DNA of 64,000 nucleotides from Eledone cirrhosa (taxonomy: Eukaryota): contig OZ024743.1 in NCBI GenBank assembly GCA_964016885.1, forward strand, positions 341,868,001 to 341,932,000. Reading direction: 5' to 3'. The translations under genes and the position numbers were made by a program. Position 1 is the stretch's first letter. The number at the start of each line of letters is the position of its first letter. The notes below the pieces were generated by a model, which was not told the origin of the DNA, did no database searches, and saw nothing but the letters and a program-made list of their open reading frames with translations. Positions 44,392 to 58,719 of this stretch are shown here, in pieces.

Positions 44392-44850
44392 TACATACAG
44401 GTACACATACATATATGTACGTATCAGTTTAGCGGACGCTTATTATAACGCCCGCTTTGTTCGTTTGTAAACAAACTGAACACCCTGAATTTATGCCGTA
44501 CGGTGTTAAGGCAACCACGTCACCTTTTTGTTCAACACTGACACAGGAACGACGTACTAGTTTCAAGCTTGTTAGCTATCATCAGCACCGTATACCCTTC
44601 TGCCAGATGGTTGAACGTTCGAAAGTATATACTTTCCTTATGAAAATTAACGGCTGTGAGTTTATATTTTTGATGTATAGAGATATAACTTTAAACGTGG
44701 TGGTGAAAAACATGCCAACAGATAGGTCGTGCATTGTTTAATATGTTGCTTCTTCAGCGTTTATAAACCAATTGTCAAATCAATTCAAAATAAAAAGAAC
44801 TTCTATCGGGTCATTTTAAAAGGTGATTGGTTGTACGATTGGATGTAAAT

Positions 44851-45180
44851 GTGCATGGCAACGTGGTTAGAAGATTGAACGTGCAATGGAGAGGTTGTGA
44901 GTTCGGTTCTCGGACCGGCTGATGCGTTGTGTCCTTGAGCAAGACACTTTATTTCACGTTGCTCCAGTTTACTCAGCTGTAGAAATGAGTTGGGACGTCA
45001 CTGGTGACAAGCTGTATCGGTCATTGCTTTTCCCTTGGACAGCATCGGTGGCGTGGAGAGGGGTGACTGCTATGAATGGGTTACTACTGGTCTTCCACCA
45101 AAACAAACCTTGCCCAGGTTTGTGCCTCGGAGGGAAACTTTCAAGGTTTAAAATCATGGACATTCGTGACCGAATGGCGC
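44851..45180 (+). mobile_element. tRNA-SINE family 2, long copy
   Basis: A/B-box-like head, tgtgtccttgagcaagacacttt, tactcagctgtagaaatgag. Confidence 0.85.
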
Positions 45181-45223
45181 CTTAGGATGGAGGCGTGATC
45201 GAAGAGATATTTGGCAGACACAA

Positions 45224-45255
<32 letters not shown>

Positions 45256-45383
45256 ACGTGCGCACAAATACACACATACACACACACACATACATAAATA
45301 GAGGTCGTCCCCCAAAATGTAGACACACTTTGATTACATGTAGAGGCAATATTTATTAGAATGCTGTTGATGTGTATATATAT

Positions 45384-45475
<92 letters not shown>

Positions 45476-45524
45476 AGTATGCAGGAACGAAGTCAAAGTT
45501 GCACCGTACATGAACTTTATTAGC

Positions 45525-45610
45525 ATATGGCAATTGTTTCAATATTTATAAGCCCAGAGTACGATCATAATGACCAAAGTCCGACTCTGCATCGACATCT
45601 CTTCAGATAT
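45525..45610 (-). ncRNA. Decayed hammerhead (U16.1->C)
   Basis: atat-ctgaaga-gatgt..cagagt..actctg..atatt-gaa-acaattgc-c-atat. Confidence 0.6.
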
Positions 45611-46083
45611 TCAATTCATAGGCATAGAAGACATTCATAATGTGCAAAGAGGGCAAGAGATCCCTTTAGATACATTTATTGTGGGGAGAGGAAGATAAAT
45701 GAATAAATAGACAAGTTGGAAACGAATGAAAATAATATATAAAAATCAAAATAAAAAATATGCAATAAAAAATACAAATAAAATGCAATAAAAAATACAA
45801 ATAAAAAAGAGAGGCAAAATGGAGAATAAAAAAAAAAAAAGAAATAAAAATAAAAACAAAACTAAAGTAAAAATATAGATAAAATAAAATCTAGCAATGA
45901 CTGTGGCACCAACAACAACAAAGACGGCGACGGCGTCGACGACGCCAAAACCACCTATGACGACGTAGACGACAAGAGTATGGCAATGGTCAAATGCATG
46001 TCTCTTTGAAGATTGTTATTCAGCTCTATTGAGTGTGGTGCTGTACACACCTGAAACCTAATTAATAGGGCAAACGGTCTCAA

Positions 46084-46103
46084 GTGGTGGTGGCAGCGGC
46101 GGC

Positions 46104-46174
<71 letters not shown>

Positions 46175-46189
46175 CAGCAGCAGCAGTTA

Positions 46190-46273
<84 letters not shown>

Positions 46274-46285
46274 CAGCAGCAGTTA

Positions 46286-46319
<34 letters not shown>

Positions 46320-46342
46320 GGTAGTAGTATTATTATTATTAT

Positions 46343-46413
<71 letters not shown>

Positions 46414-46450
46414 GTGGAAGTAGTAGTAGTAGTAGTAGTAGTAGTATTAT

Positions 46451-46495
<45 letters not shown>

Positions 46496-46660
46496 CAGCA
46501 GCAGCAGCAGCGGCGGCAGTAGTAGTAGTAGTAGTAGTACTAGTAGTAGTAGGAGGAGGAGGGGGGGGGGGGGGGGAGGATCGGGAGGGAGAAGAAGAAG
46601 AAGAAGAAGAAGAAGAAGAAGAAGAAGAAGAAGAAGAAGAAGAAGAAGAAGAAGAAGAGT
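46084..46660. repeat. Compound trinucleotide microsatellite (GTA/GCA/GAA)
   Basis: direct reading. Confidence 0.97.
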
Positions 46661-46922
46661 TGTAGTAGTATCCAGGACAACATTGTTAGTGAAATTTGGT
46701 AGATAAATATAATTCTGAAACCCGTCGCATGGACTGCAGGCTTGTCACTTGCTATGTAGTACTGAATGGCATATGGAATTAAGGTGTACACTTGTGTATG
46801 GAATACGAAATCACATGTTAATTTAACGTATAGACCGTTGTGTTGACCCAGCGGCTTAAACATCGTCAAAACTGATAGAAACTTTAACTGTAATTTCTAG
46901 CAGTTTACTGGACCGATTAAAG

Positions 46923-48720
46923 CAGGGTTTCTCAACCTGGGCGTATAGTGCACTGGTTGGCTAGTTTAACTGTGCGGGGTCAATGAGCTACTGAACAGGA
47001 AGTTTTGAAAGATTGGAAATTTTATTGCGTGATATAGGATTTTGAACATCAAGAATGTATTTCAACAAACATATTCTACCTGAAAAAAAATATTCACAGG
47101 AAATATTTAAAGAAATTATATAAAAAAGGAGCCTAAATTGGAATAACTGGGCCACATTCCTGAATAACATAAAACCCCCACAAACAATGAGCATTTTGGT
47201 ATTTACTCTAGTTTTCAAAAGGGCCATTAACCATGAAGTAATTCTTCAGAAGAAATAACATATTTTTGGATATAAATTATATGAGGGAACAACAAGAAAA
47301 ATATTGCCAGTACCAGTAAAATTAAGAAGTAACCTAAGGATAAATTCGCCATTGCCGCCAGCACCGAGAGATCACAAATACATTTGACACAAGCGATGAT
47401 ATTTACGAACTCTGACAATATAACATAGACAAGGGGGCGGCGCCGTCAATGCCAGACAAAATATGAGAATCCCAGCATGGGAACTGTCAATGTGCTCATG
47501 GGAACTTCTCAATGTCCTCATATAAACAGATAACCACTTGAACCTGTTGGATTTTATTGATCAAGTGATTGAAGCAATCATGAATTCTTGTATTTGTGGA
47601 TAACTGAAAATGGCCTTAAAAATATTGAAATGAAATTTAAACGAAAATATTGTTGTCTATTGTTCCTACTATTTTCTTAATGTATTCTACGATATTTAAA
47701 CACCAATATCACCATTTAAGAACAATTGTTTTCAATACAGCATTGATTATCTATCTTATGGGCTTATCATTTCTCCTTAAAGCAGTCAATTACCTATGTG
47801 TCTTATGTTCAACAAAACTTTCAACGACTAAGCTATTAAGCCTTCACGCTTAAAGTGCCATCTATATACTAAGCTTGCTGACTAGAACAAAAATCCATTG
47901 TCATATTTCTTACAACTTAAGACTTCGGAAAACGAAAACGTTGATCTTGGAATTTCAGAAGGCAACAGCATAACGGGATGATTGCGCTGTGCAACATTGC
48001 GCTACTGGTCTCAAAGGCCAGAAAGTCACACACTATAGGAAAAACATTACTTCTACCTGTTATTAAAGACATTCTCTCCACTGTATTACATAAAAAGCCT
48101 GGCACAATTATCAAGACAATTCCACCTAGTAATAAAACAATTTCTCGACGTATGATGGCCACCGATGTCAAACATCAACTCATCCATAATCTATTGGGTA
48201 ATGAATTTTCCATAAAATTTGACGAATCAACAGTTGTGTGAAATCAATATTTGCTGATCGTGTATGTGTTTTTTTATGAACATATTCAACCTTGCGAGAT
48301 GTGGTTTACTGATCAATTGTTGCTTGTTGATTTTAGACGTGTTGAAGCATCTTGCTTTAACAGTTCATTGTGTAGCTCACCTGCAGCATTTAATAGCGAA
48401 ACATATCGACTGCAGACTTACTGATGCACGGCATTTAGTTATTAAATCGTATTCTTTATCTGAATGCCTTGATAATGTTGATAATTATATGAGTCTTTTG
48501 TATCACACTGAACAAAAAATGTTTGTCAAAAGGTAAGTGTTGTTCATTTTATTGAACTATTTCATACAATATTTTGTTTTCAAAACACTTCTCTGAGTGC
48601 TTCAAAATGCGATATTTTTCTTAGTGACATATTCGCTAACACTAACAATAAATATAACCTTCGCCATGAAACTAAAGTAAATTTGATGAAATGCAGTTGG
48701 TCAAATGTGTTCATTAATAC
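46923..48720 (+). mobile_element. hAT (Buster/Charlie-type) DNA transposon remnant with pseudogenised transposase
   Basis: TIR-like cagggtttctcaacct; KPSRLKCHL; KSHTIGKTLLLP..SNKTISRR..FSIKFDEST; HCVAHLQHL; LLYHTE. Confidence 0.85.
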
Positions 48721-49000
48721 GGTAGTAGTAGCAATAGCAGCTTTATGATTCAGCGTTATCTGTTACCTCCCTTTGATATTTTTTACGAACCAGTAGCGAA
48801 GTTTTACCAAACACTTTTGGTGCGCTTTTGAATATTTACCATAAAGATGGACGGAAGAAATATTTTTCCACGTCAAAGTGAGTGATGGCTCACAAAAAAG
48901 TGGGAAATTTGTACTAGATCATAGGAAGAGCTCAACTTACGCTTATAGTTCTCCATCTTCCTTCTTTCTCTCTTTGTGTATACACACACACACACACACG

Positions 49001-49037
<37 letters not shown>

Positions 49038-49059
49038 TTATGTGTGTGTGTGTGTGTGT

Positions 49060-49124
<65 letters not shown>

Positions 49125-49328
49125 TGTGTGTGTGCGTGCGTATGTGTGTGCGTGTGTGCGTGGGAAAGGTTCCGTATATATTTCCAAGGTGCAGGTCATT
49201 CAGTTCATGGGACGATTTTTTATATATTATGAAATTCGATACTATAATCAAGACATAACATGTTAAAAAATTATGTACATATATAAGCATAAAAAAATGG
49301 AGGAAAAGGCAATACGTTTAAAACCAAA

Positions 49329-49457
49329 CTTTACTTCTTACATTATGTTTCCTCTATACAATAACTAATAGCATTTCACGCATATACTTTTTATGCGTGT
49401 ACGCACGAATATATAACGTTGTTAAAGCTATTAGTATAGAATCGTCAGAGCAGAAAG
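49329..49457 (-). ncRNA. Hammerhead with long branched stem II
   Basis: ctgacga-tctata.ctaatagc..gctattag..tataga-gaa-acataatgt-a; imperfect stem I. Confidence 0.75.
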
Positions 49458-49540
49458 AATTGTTAATATTGATGCTATTTAAGGTTAGTTAATATTGATG
49501 CTATTTAGGAGAGGGACATCAAAGTGCATTATATATATAT

Positions 49541-49730
49541 GGCGGTGGATTGGCAGTATCGGTAGAGGGTCGGACGCCATGCTTTGACGTATAGAGTTAC
49601 GGCCCTTGCCATTCTGAGTTCAAATCCCGCCGAGGTTAACTTTGCCTTTCATCCTTACGGGGTCGATAAAATAAAGTACCAGTAATGCACTGGGTAATTG
49701 CTGGCCTTGTGCCAAACGTAGAAACAATTA
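49541..49730 (+). mobile_element. tRNA-SINE family 1, full length
   Basis: A box tggcagtatcgg, B box gagttcaaatcc. Confidence 0.9.
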
Positions 49731-49744
49731 TATATATATATATA

Positions 49745-50546
49745 TATCGTTACTTTGATATATATTGTGTGTTAGATTCGCCTACCTCAATGTTCGATTT
49801 GTCAAGCTATTTAAACGTATGTTATTACTCTAAGGCCCTATCTTATCGAGTGCTTTGCTAACTCATCATTTCATATAAGTAGGCCGAATTTACTTGCAAA
49901 CTGCCAGAGATTCGATTTTACTGATTTCCAATTATATTATTCTCCTAGATTTAATAATTAACTAATTAATTTAATTAGACAATTCTGATGATTGGTTATT
50001 TATTTGTGTTTGTTTTATAACATCTAGTTGAGAGCTTATCATGATGATTAGCGGAAATTTAATATTTCCTTTCGCTAACATTTTGAATGACCCGCCTAAA
50101 ACCGGGGTTTTTTTCCTTGCCGGAATTAACACGTGATAGCTATAGATACGATAAGCCGCATGTAGCAGCTACATATAATTTATCACTCCGGTCCTAGGCA
50201 GAACGAAAAACCTCTTGATAAACTGAATCCTCCGTTCGATCACCAATACCATGAGCTTGCCATTCACGTAAGTCTGATATTTGATTTCGGATTCAAAGAA
50301 ACACTTTAAACGATTGATCGTTCGATTTGTCCAGGTGTACTTTTCTCAACCTGATTAGTTCTATCGTTACTTTGGTATATATTGTGTGTTACATTCGCCT
50401 ACCACAATGTTCAATTTGTCAAGCTATTTAAACGTATGTTATTACTCTAAGGCCCTATCTTATCGAATGCTTTGCTAACTCATCATTTCATATAAGTAGG
50501 CTGAATTTACTTGCAAACCGCCAGAGATTCGATTTTACTGATTTCC

Positions 50547-50552
<6 letters not shown>
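49745..50552 (+). mobile_element. Terminally redundant element, ~190-bp direct repeats, period 617 nt
   Basis: tatcgttactttg..gatttccaattata at 49745 and 50362; HHR-like core 50215-50302. Confidence 0.8.
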
Positions 50553-50580
<28 letters not shown>

Positions 50581-50583
<3 letters not shown>

Positions 50584-50962
50584 AACAAGAAGTGTAAGTT
50601 AACAGGTTAAAATTAACCCCGTTTAATATAGTCACTGTTATATATATTTCGGTGATAACAATTATACATCTATTATCTCATCAGACAGCTAAAATTTGAA
50701 CAGAAAAAAAAGAAAAACACAACGATGGAATAAAACTTACTGCTGTTATTTTGAGTTATTTTATATGCTCGGTGCTTAAATTTCGTGTTGTTTTTTTCCC
50801 AATTAACCTTTATTCAATCGTTATGTCTTTTTTTTCTGTTCAAATTCCAGCTGTCTAACGAGGTCATATCTGTTGCATAATGGTTATCACTGACATATAT
50901 ACAACAGCGATTATGTGTAAATGATGTAAATTTTAACCTGTTGATTTACACTTCTTGTTTAT
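50581..50962. repeat. Diverged inverted repeat with HHR at 50634-50689 (-)
   Basis: arms 50581-50713/50826-50962; gctgt-ctgatga..gaa-atatatat-a-acagt. Confidence 0.8.
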
Positions 50963-51397
50963 AAATATAATTCTTGTTTGTAAGTATACTGGCCCACCTG
51001 CGCACTTCGTCGACTACCCTGGACTGCATACTGAAGTGTCGGTAATTAACAAGCACATACTCGAATTTATATAATATATATATATATATATAAAAGGAAA
51101 ATTTTGCTCTACATGGCTGAATAATAAAATAAATGTAATCTGAGGTTTTCTAATATTAATAATAACATTCGATTTTTTTGCAATTATGCAAACAGCCTCA
51201 ATTTTATAGCTATATCAGTAGAATGAACACTTCATTCTTGCTCTTGTTCGCATTCTTGCTCTGTTCGCATGCCAACACAAGAGCCAGAATGAAGTGTTCA
51301 TTCTATTGACATGGCTATAAAATTGAGCCTTGTTTGCATAATTGCAAACAAATCGAATGTTATCATTAATATTCGAAGAACTCAGATTACATTTACA

Positions 51398-51487
<90 letters not shown>

Positions 51488-51944
51488 CATGTCGGGATAT
51501 CATATAATCAGCAATTAAAAAGAGAAACTTCAACCGATGTATAATCCACAAATCATTATAAATTGAATGAATGTAACTTCACAGAACATTAGTAATCAAT
51601 TTGATTAATATAAAACCAAAAATAAATGTGGGATAACTGCATTTATTCATATCACGCTCATTTTACTAGATGTAGAAATATAAATGCCAATTAAATCATC
51701 AGAAATATAAATGTATATATCACACCATAGCGAGTAAAATATGTAAAAAGAAAATATAAGATAAAATCTCCCACGAAAGGGATGTTTAATGTTACAGATA
51801 ACATAGTTAGCAAAGTATTACTATATATACCACACAACGCTATTCAAAATAAGTAAGATGAAATCTCACTCAACGAGGTGATTAACTTTAGAGAGAGACG
51901 GGAGAAAGAATAACCGTAATTTGAGAATTTTCAATATATATCTC

Positions 51945-52265
51945 TTCACCATTTTACGTCCGCCTTTCCATGCTTGCATGGGTTGGACAGGGTCCTTTTC
52001 AGTACAAAATCACCCCACTCATCACATCCTTCACCATTTGATTTGTGAGCATTAGCGATTGAGATCAACTTCCACCGTATTTTTCTATCGGGTATTCCTT
52101 CGATTGGGTGTTAATAATCTTTCACCCAGCGAACATTATCCATGCGCATCATATGTCCATACATGCGCAGTATTTCCCTTGTACACTATATATGGTTCCT
52201 CTTATATGCAGCTTTACTCTTCAATCAATTCATAAATTGTCGTTCACGCACACGCTGACAGTGAG
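51945..52265 (-). mobile_element. RTE-type LINE 3' remnant
   Basis: decayed RLRWYGHxMRMD-like frame and ccaacccatgcaagcatggaaa tail. Confidence 0.5.
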
Positions 52266-53078
52266 ATCGAGCGAATGTTATTATGTGTATATTATGATTA
52301 CCACCCACCGACCGATACAGACAAATAACAAACGGGCAGACTACTATCAGCACGTCTGCCACCAACCTAACTGCCACTGACAGAGCTCAAGGACTTGGCA
52401 GCTATGATACGTACACAAACTCATCACCTCACTACTCTAGTGTAAAAGAACTGCTGCGAACTTTAGTTGACGGCACTAATATCGCGCGCACACGTGTGGT
52501 CCTTCTCAGACACAACTCTTTCCGCTCAGAAAACCCCTCCTGATGGAAATGAAATCCGAAATATAGGGACTATTAAATCGCTTCCAAGGTAACTCTATCT
52601 CTTGTTATCTTTTTACACCTTTTTTACTTTCTTTTACGTTCCCTACGTTTCTTTCTACGCTCCTCTCCCTCTCTCAGCTCAATACCACCTGATTTTGTCA
52701 CCCGTACATTTACATATCTGCATTGTTGAGGCTTCCAAAACAACTATATATGTATGTGTATATATATATATATATATATATACAATAAAGTATGTCCATA
52801 GAATCATTTGATAAAATATATACATTATTTCCTCTCCCAATCAGCATAATAAACCACACAAAAAACCAATTAAACAAGGCTATAAGATTAAAAGATACCT
52901 ATGAAGAAATAATTGATAAATAAACGACTAACTATTATTTCGCGATCAACAGCCATAGAATATTTACCCAGCATTTCTAATAGCACGTGGAAATCGATTA
53001 AATATATCGTCAACCATACACAATTAGGTATAAAATCAAAGTTAAAAGAACAAATGTATATAAACATACCAAAATTAC

Positions 53079-53160
53079 GTTTCTACCCCATTGGGTTTCA
53101 TTCGCTTTTGGAAATATCCGATCAAGAATAAATTCACGAGCTTCGAAATCATCAGGAAAC
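53079..53160 (-). ncRNA. Type I hammerhead with canonical core
   Basis: gtttc-ctgatga-ttcg..cgaa-gaa-accc aatg gggt-a-gaaac. Confidence 0.85.
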
Positions 53161-53457
53161 AAACTCACTTGGACGAAGATTTTTCTTAAATGATCACGGT
53201 CAGAAACGAATTCAAAATGGCTAAGAACTGTGACGTGGCAGTGGTTAAGTCAGAAAGAATGTGATTGGTGCCTTACGGCAAGTGGGCTGGTTGCTAGAAA
53301 GCGCAGCCTAATATTGCCTAAATTACATCTCAACCATATGGGAGGTTATCAAATGTAAAGATTTACATATACATAAACTAAACAAAGTCATAGATATATA
53401 TATATATGTTTTTGGCAACCATTCATCATGTGGCTCAATGACGAATTAATTAATTAA

Positions 53458-53517
<60 letters not shown>

Positions 53518-54038
53518 GTACGTATGTATGTATTGGTGAGATTTACCTTAAGTAATGCCAATCATATTCCCAGGGAAAATAAATAATACAAAATATATTA
53601 GAATAATCTAGTACAGGGCTAAGATATTCTCGTGTGATATTGACGGACTTGCGAATAAGTACTCAATACCAAAGTAGAGTTTAGATATTATTTAGTATGT
53701 CTAAGTGGTGAGTTTTGTTTCTCTCGAGCTTCTCCTGTACATTCAATAGAATATTCAATAGACAGAATAAATAGAAGGCATGGGGAGGAGAGTAGGTTGG
53801 ATTGGTGTTGACTGGATGATGTTTTGAAATGGATAGGGGTGTGAAGGATTTTGGCTATCAGGCGAGATGTGGGCAATAATAATCATCATACGAGAAAGTA
53901 TAGAAAGGTATGTATAAACATAGATATGCCTTGACAACATTGTGTGTGAGAGGGATGGGCAGGAAAATGTATTAATGCACCTAGTAGATATCACGTGATC
54001 TAGGATTTAATTATGACAATATATATATATATCGAGAA

Positions 54039-54098
54039 AACACTGTACAAATTTCGATGGCTTAATGAAGAAATACTTAGGCGATTTCATCAGGTGTT
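54039..54098 (-). ncRNA. Decayed hammerhead
   Basis: aacac/gtgtt stem I, ctgatga, gaaa; stem III damaged. Confidence 0.55.
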
Positions 54099-54235
54099 AA
54101 TTGTTATATTAGATAGGCAGGATTACGGCTAACATCAAAGAATTATTTGCATAACGTTAAATGCTTTAATCTATTGTATCACCGTTAATTAACCGGAATC
54201 ACCTGTTCAACCCATTACTAAACAACCTAAATATA

Positions 54236-54269
<34 letters not shown>

Positions 54270-54385
54270 CATATATATACATATATATACAATTATATGT
54301 ATATGTAAGCGTGGATGTGTGTATGTATATGTAAGTGTGTATCTATGTATGTGTGTATGTATGTGAGGATAAAAATACTTATGTA

Positions 54386-54496
<111 letters not shown>

Positions 54497-55368
54497 AGGG
54501 ATGTGTGTATGTATGTGTATATATGTGTATATGTGTCTGACTGTGTATATATGTGTGTGTATGTCTATATATATGTATGCCTGAGTGTGTGTGTGTGAGT
54601 GGTTGTATATATACATGTGTATGTGTGTGTATATATATATATATATAAATATATATAGGTGTATATATATATATATGTATGGGTATATGTTTTACTTATT
54701 TTTATGCGTGTGCATACAAACAGGTCAATATGCGTGAGTGAAAGTATGTGTATGTGTGGGTGTATGTATGTACGTATCGAACGTATGGATGTGTAAATGT
54801 GCGTGTGTATATATGCATGTATAATTTTATGTCTCTCTTTTATGTTTTTTTATGTTTCTTTTGTGAGACATGCGTGTCTGTGTATGTATGTAACCCCCCC
54901 CCCCCCCTTTTTGTCTTTTTTTGTCTTTTTTTCTCGAGTTTTTTCCTTCTAAAATTTTTTTATTTCTAATTTATTGATACATTTTTATAAGTATGTCGAG
55001 ATTGACACTTTCCTTTAATTACTATACTCCCTTACCTCTTTTACTTCCGCATCTAAATGTAAGTGTGTGTGGGCGTGTTTATGTGAGCGCCTCAATATTC
55101 ATATACTTATGATGTATCTATTCCGTCTGTTGATTACAGACATACAGATACATTAGCCCTAAATTTTAGATTTACACACACTTTTTCACTATACGTATAC
55201 ATATGAGCATACACATATATGCACATCTGTGAGCGTATTTACATACATATACACACACCTAACTATATTTTCTTGATGAATTTCAATCTCTATTTCATTG
55301 GTCTATTCAAAATCTGTTCCCAAACAGACCTATTGTATTGAATTGTTGTTATTATCAATAAACAAGCA

Positions 55369-55509
55369 TCATTATTTCTGAAGACAGCATATATATGTGA
55401 AGGTATGTATATTCCCTCTGATAGTAGGTATAATTTTGTACATAGATCTTTTGAATATGCATACCAATTCTAACACATATATGTCCTAGAAACGATCGTA
55501 AAATAATGA
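55369..55509 (+). ncRNA. Long-stem-II hammerhead, diverged copy of 15155 family
   Basis: tcattattt-ctgaaga..gaa-acgatcgt-a-aaataatga. Confidence 0.82.
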
Positions 55510-55581
55510 ACTTTTTTTGTTTAATATGAGGAACTGTTTCTTTGTTTATTCATTATTTTTTTAATAATTTACATATATATA

Positions 55582-56288
55582 TATGAATGTATGTATAGTA
55601 TATTTAGTAATATACTGTGTGTTTAGTTAAAAACATTTTGAAGATCTTGCGCTGTTTTTTCAGCAAAGCAAGGGAGATAAGATGACAGATCGGTTTCACA
55701 CTGTTGGTGTTCCTCAGAGCCTAGTACTCGCCGATCTCTGCTGAAAATTATAGAGGCTGGATTCTTATAGAATTCCAGTAATAATTCGGAACTGATATAA
55801 CAGAGCGATTGCCGGTCCAGCAAAAATTAAAAGTTAGGATTGGTGCTCTGAAATAGCGATGTATACATGAATGTATGTATAGTATATTTGGTAATATATT
55901 GTATGATTAATTTAAAACGGTATATTACCAAATATACTATACATACATCACTATTTCAGAGCACCAATCCTATTTTTTTTAATTTTTGCTGGACCGGCAA
56001 TTGCTCTGTATAATCAGTTCCTGATTATTCCTGGAATTCTATAAGCATCCAGCCTCTATAATTTTCGGCAGAGGTCGGCGAGTACTAGGCTCTGAGGAAC
56101 ACCAACGGTTTGAAACAAATCTGTGAGCTTATCTCCCTGCCTTTGCTGAAAAAAGAAGTAAGTGACATAGTAACTACTTTAAGACAATAGCGCAAGGTCT
56201 TCAAAATGTATTTAATTAAACATACAGTATATTACTAAATATACTATACATACATTCATGTATACATCACTATTTCAGAGCGCCAATC

Positions 56289-56291
<3 letters not shown>
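55582..56291. mobile_element. Head-to-head pair of ~319-nt terminally redundant HHR units
   Basis: cactatttcagagc at 55949 and 56268; HHRs at 55679-55722(-) and 56087-56130(+). Confidence 0.85.
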
Positions 56292-56345
<54 letters not shown>

Positions 56346-57920
56346 CAAAATATTAATAAATGAAAAATATTCGCATAATCAAAATATATATTTTATTATA
56401 CATATTTCAAAGGTACAATGGTGTTTCATTACGTTTTCCTCAAACAAAATATAAGATTTGGTTTTGATTATTCAATTCCAGTAGTGGCAGTAATTCATTT
56501 CACCAACTCTCAACTTTTTTATACCACAAATAATATGATAAACTTAGAGAAGAAAAGGACGTAGAGCAAGGTAAAAATATAGAAGGGGGATGCAAAGAAA
56601 AGGAAAAGGCGAGAAATAACCCAATAAATAAATGAATAAAAGAAGAAAAAAAGATGTAAGAGAAAAAAGGGGAAATAAACCAAAAGAAAGGGAAGATGTG
56701 GGGTGAAAAAGGAAAAACAGAAAAAAGAAAACAAAGAAAAAAGAAAAAAAGAAAAAAGAAAAAAAGAAAAAAAGAAAAAAAGAAAAAAAAGAAAAAAAGA
56801 AAAAAAGAAAAAAAAGAAAAAAAGAAAAAAAGAAAAAAAGAAAAAAAGAAAAAAAGAAAAAAAGAAGAGGAATAAAGAAAAACGAAGAAGAGGAAAAGGA
56901 AAGGATGAAATAGAGTGGGAATATTAGAAATCAAAAATTTATTCACATATATCACTGAATATCGCTTGTATTGGATTACGCTTTAGCTAATTATAATTTT
57001 ATATTGTATCCAGATTATTAGGTATAGATTACTTTCTATAGCAATCAAATATTTAAGTTAATTTTAATTAATATCCTTAAATTAATTTAATTTAATTTAG
57101 CTTATTCTAGATTATTATAATTTTTTATTATGAGGTAAGATATTCTATTAATATACTACAACATTAAAAGATTTCATCTTTAAAGCCTAATTAAATAATT
57201 ATTAAATATGTATTAAAATATAATACCATGCATATATCCCCATCAATATATATAATATATTTTGTTTATTTATTATCTAAATTAAATTAAAATTTAGAAA
57301 TTCACTTTTTGTGAAAACTTAGTTATTTTTTAATTTTCATTTATTTCTTAGAATACAATTGTGGTTATATTTACTCTCTATACATTTTATTTCATTTAAT
57401 GAATGGTTATATTTACTTCTGTATTTAATTATTCTGATATATATAGTTTCCTTTTCATGATAGTCTATGTATTATTAAACTATTAATCATTATTTATTAA
57501 TACATATTTTATATTTTATATATGTTTTTTCAAGTTAATCAAAATAAATTTACGGACAATGTAAATAAAAGAAAGATAACTCATTCACAAAGTAAATGCA
57601 TTTTTAACTTATAGGGAATCTCTTCTCTCACGTCCAGCGATATTTTAAGAAACTTAAATTATCTATTTTATATATCCTAATTGATGTTTAAATAAATATT
57701 GAACTATCCTAATCAAAGCATAGGATAAAAAAGGTTTCCATCGTTAGGTAGCGAGTAATAATAGTGAAACATTGAAGAATAACATGCTCGGCTGTAAAAA
57801 AAGGTTTTATTTCTAGTATTAACAATTGTTTCATTGAGATTTGACCACTACGTATGTATGTATTTAATACTTTGATTCTCCGTTGTATCTATAAATACCA
57901 ATGTCATGTGTAAAACCTCC

Positions 57921-58033
57921 AGTATTCTGATAATTTGATCAGAGGTAAACACTGTATTTAAGGTCGAGTGGTGCAACTTCGAGTGATTAGCGGCCTTTAG
58001 ACTCACCTGTTCAATGAAACAATTGTTAATACT
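57921..58033 (+). ncRNA. Long-stem-II hammerhead (G8->A) overlapping a 50-bp inverted repeat (57789-57838/58011-58060)
   Basis: agtatt-ctgataa-ttga..tcaa-gaa-acaattgt-t-aatact. Confidence 0.7.
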
Positions 58034-58064
58034 AGAAATAAAACCTTTTTCTACAGCCGATAAT

Positions 58065-58165
58065 AATTTTTTCTACTTTTTAGCACAAGGCCACCAATTA
58101 TCCAGTGCATTACTGGGACTTTATTTTATCGGGTACGTAAGGATGAAAGGCAAAGTTAACCTCGA
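58065..58165 (-). mobile_element. tRNA-SINE family 1, 3' fragment
   Basis: match to 49541-49730. Confidence 0.8.
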
Positions 58166-58719
58166 CCGATAATGATAATAATAAATTTGAAGACTAAAAT
58201 CCAAAGAGGGCTCCATAAGGATAAATATATATTAAATATATAAGAACCATAGAGAAAATGGTTATTAAAATAACAGATTAAAGTTTAAGCAAAGAATCGC
58301 TACTTTCACTCTGAAACTAAAAAAATCAATTTGTGAACGCAGAAGTAAATATTTCGAAAAACGTTGCAACCGAAGGAAGATAGGAAGACGAGACTTTGGT
58401 TCGTGGAAACGTTCCCAGGCAAAGAACAGAAAGAAACGAAGATAATACGTCATTATTTGGAGCGGTGAAAACAATTACACGCAAAGACAAAACTACGTTT
58501 ATGGTATAAATGAAATCGTAGACTAATATTATATTAGGTGGTTCGTGGAGACGTTCCCAGGCAATGAACGGAAAAAACGTATTATCTTCGTTCTTTGCCA
58601 AGGAACGTTTCCACGAACCAAAGTATCGTCTTCTTGTCTTCCTTCGGTTGCAACATTTTTCGAAATATATACTTCTGCGTTCAGAGATTGATTTTTTAGT
58701 TTCAGAAGATCCCTTTTAA

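Noticed and set aside
46084-46665. 193-aa poly-V/A/E ORF
   Set aside because: Trinucleotide microsatellite
49541-49635. tRNA-like A/B boxes (also 35243, 38557)
   Set aside because: SINE heads, not foldable tRNA genes
56700-56870. K/R/E-rich ORF
   Set aside because: (GAAAAAA)n simple repeat
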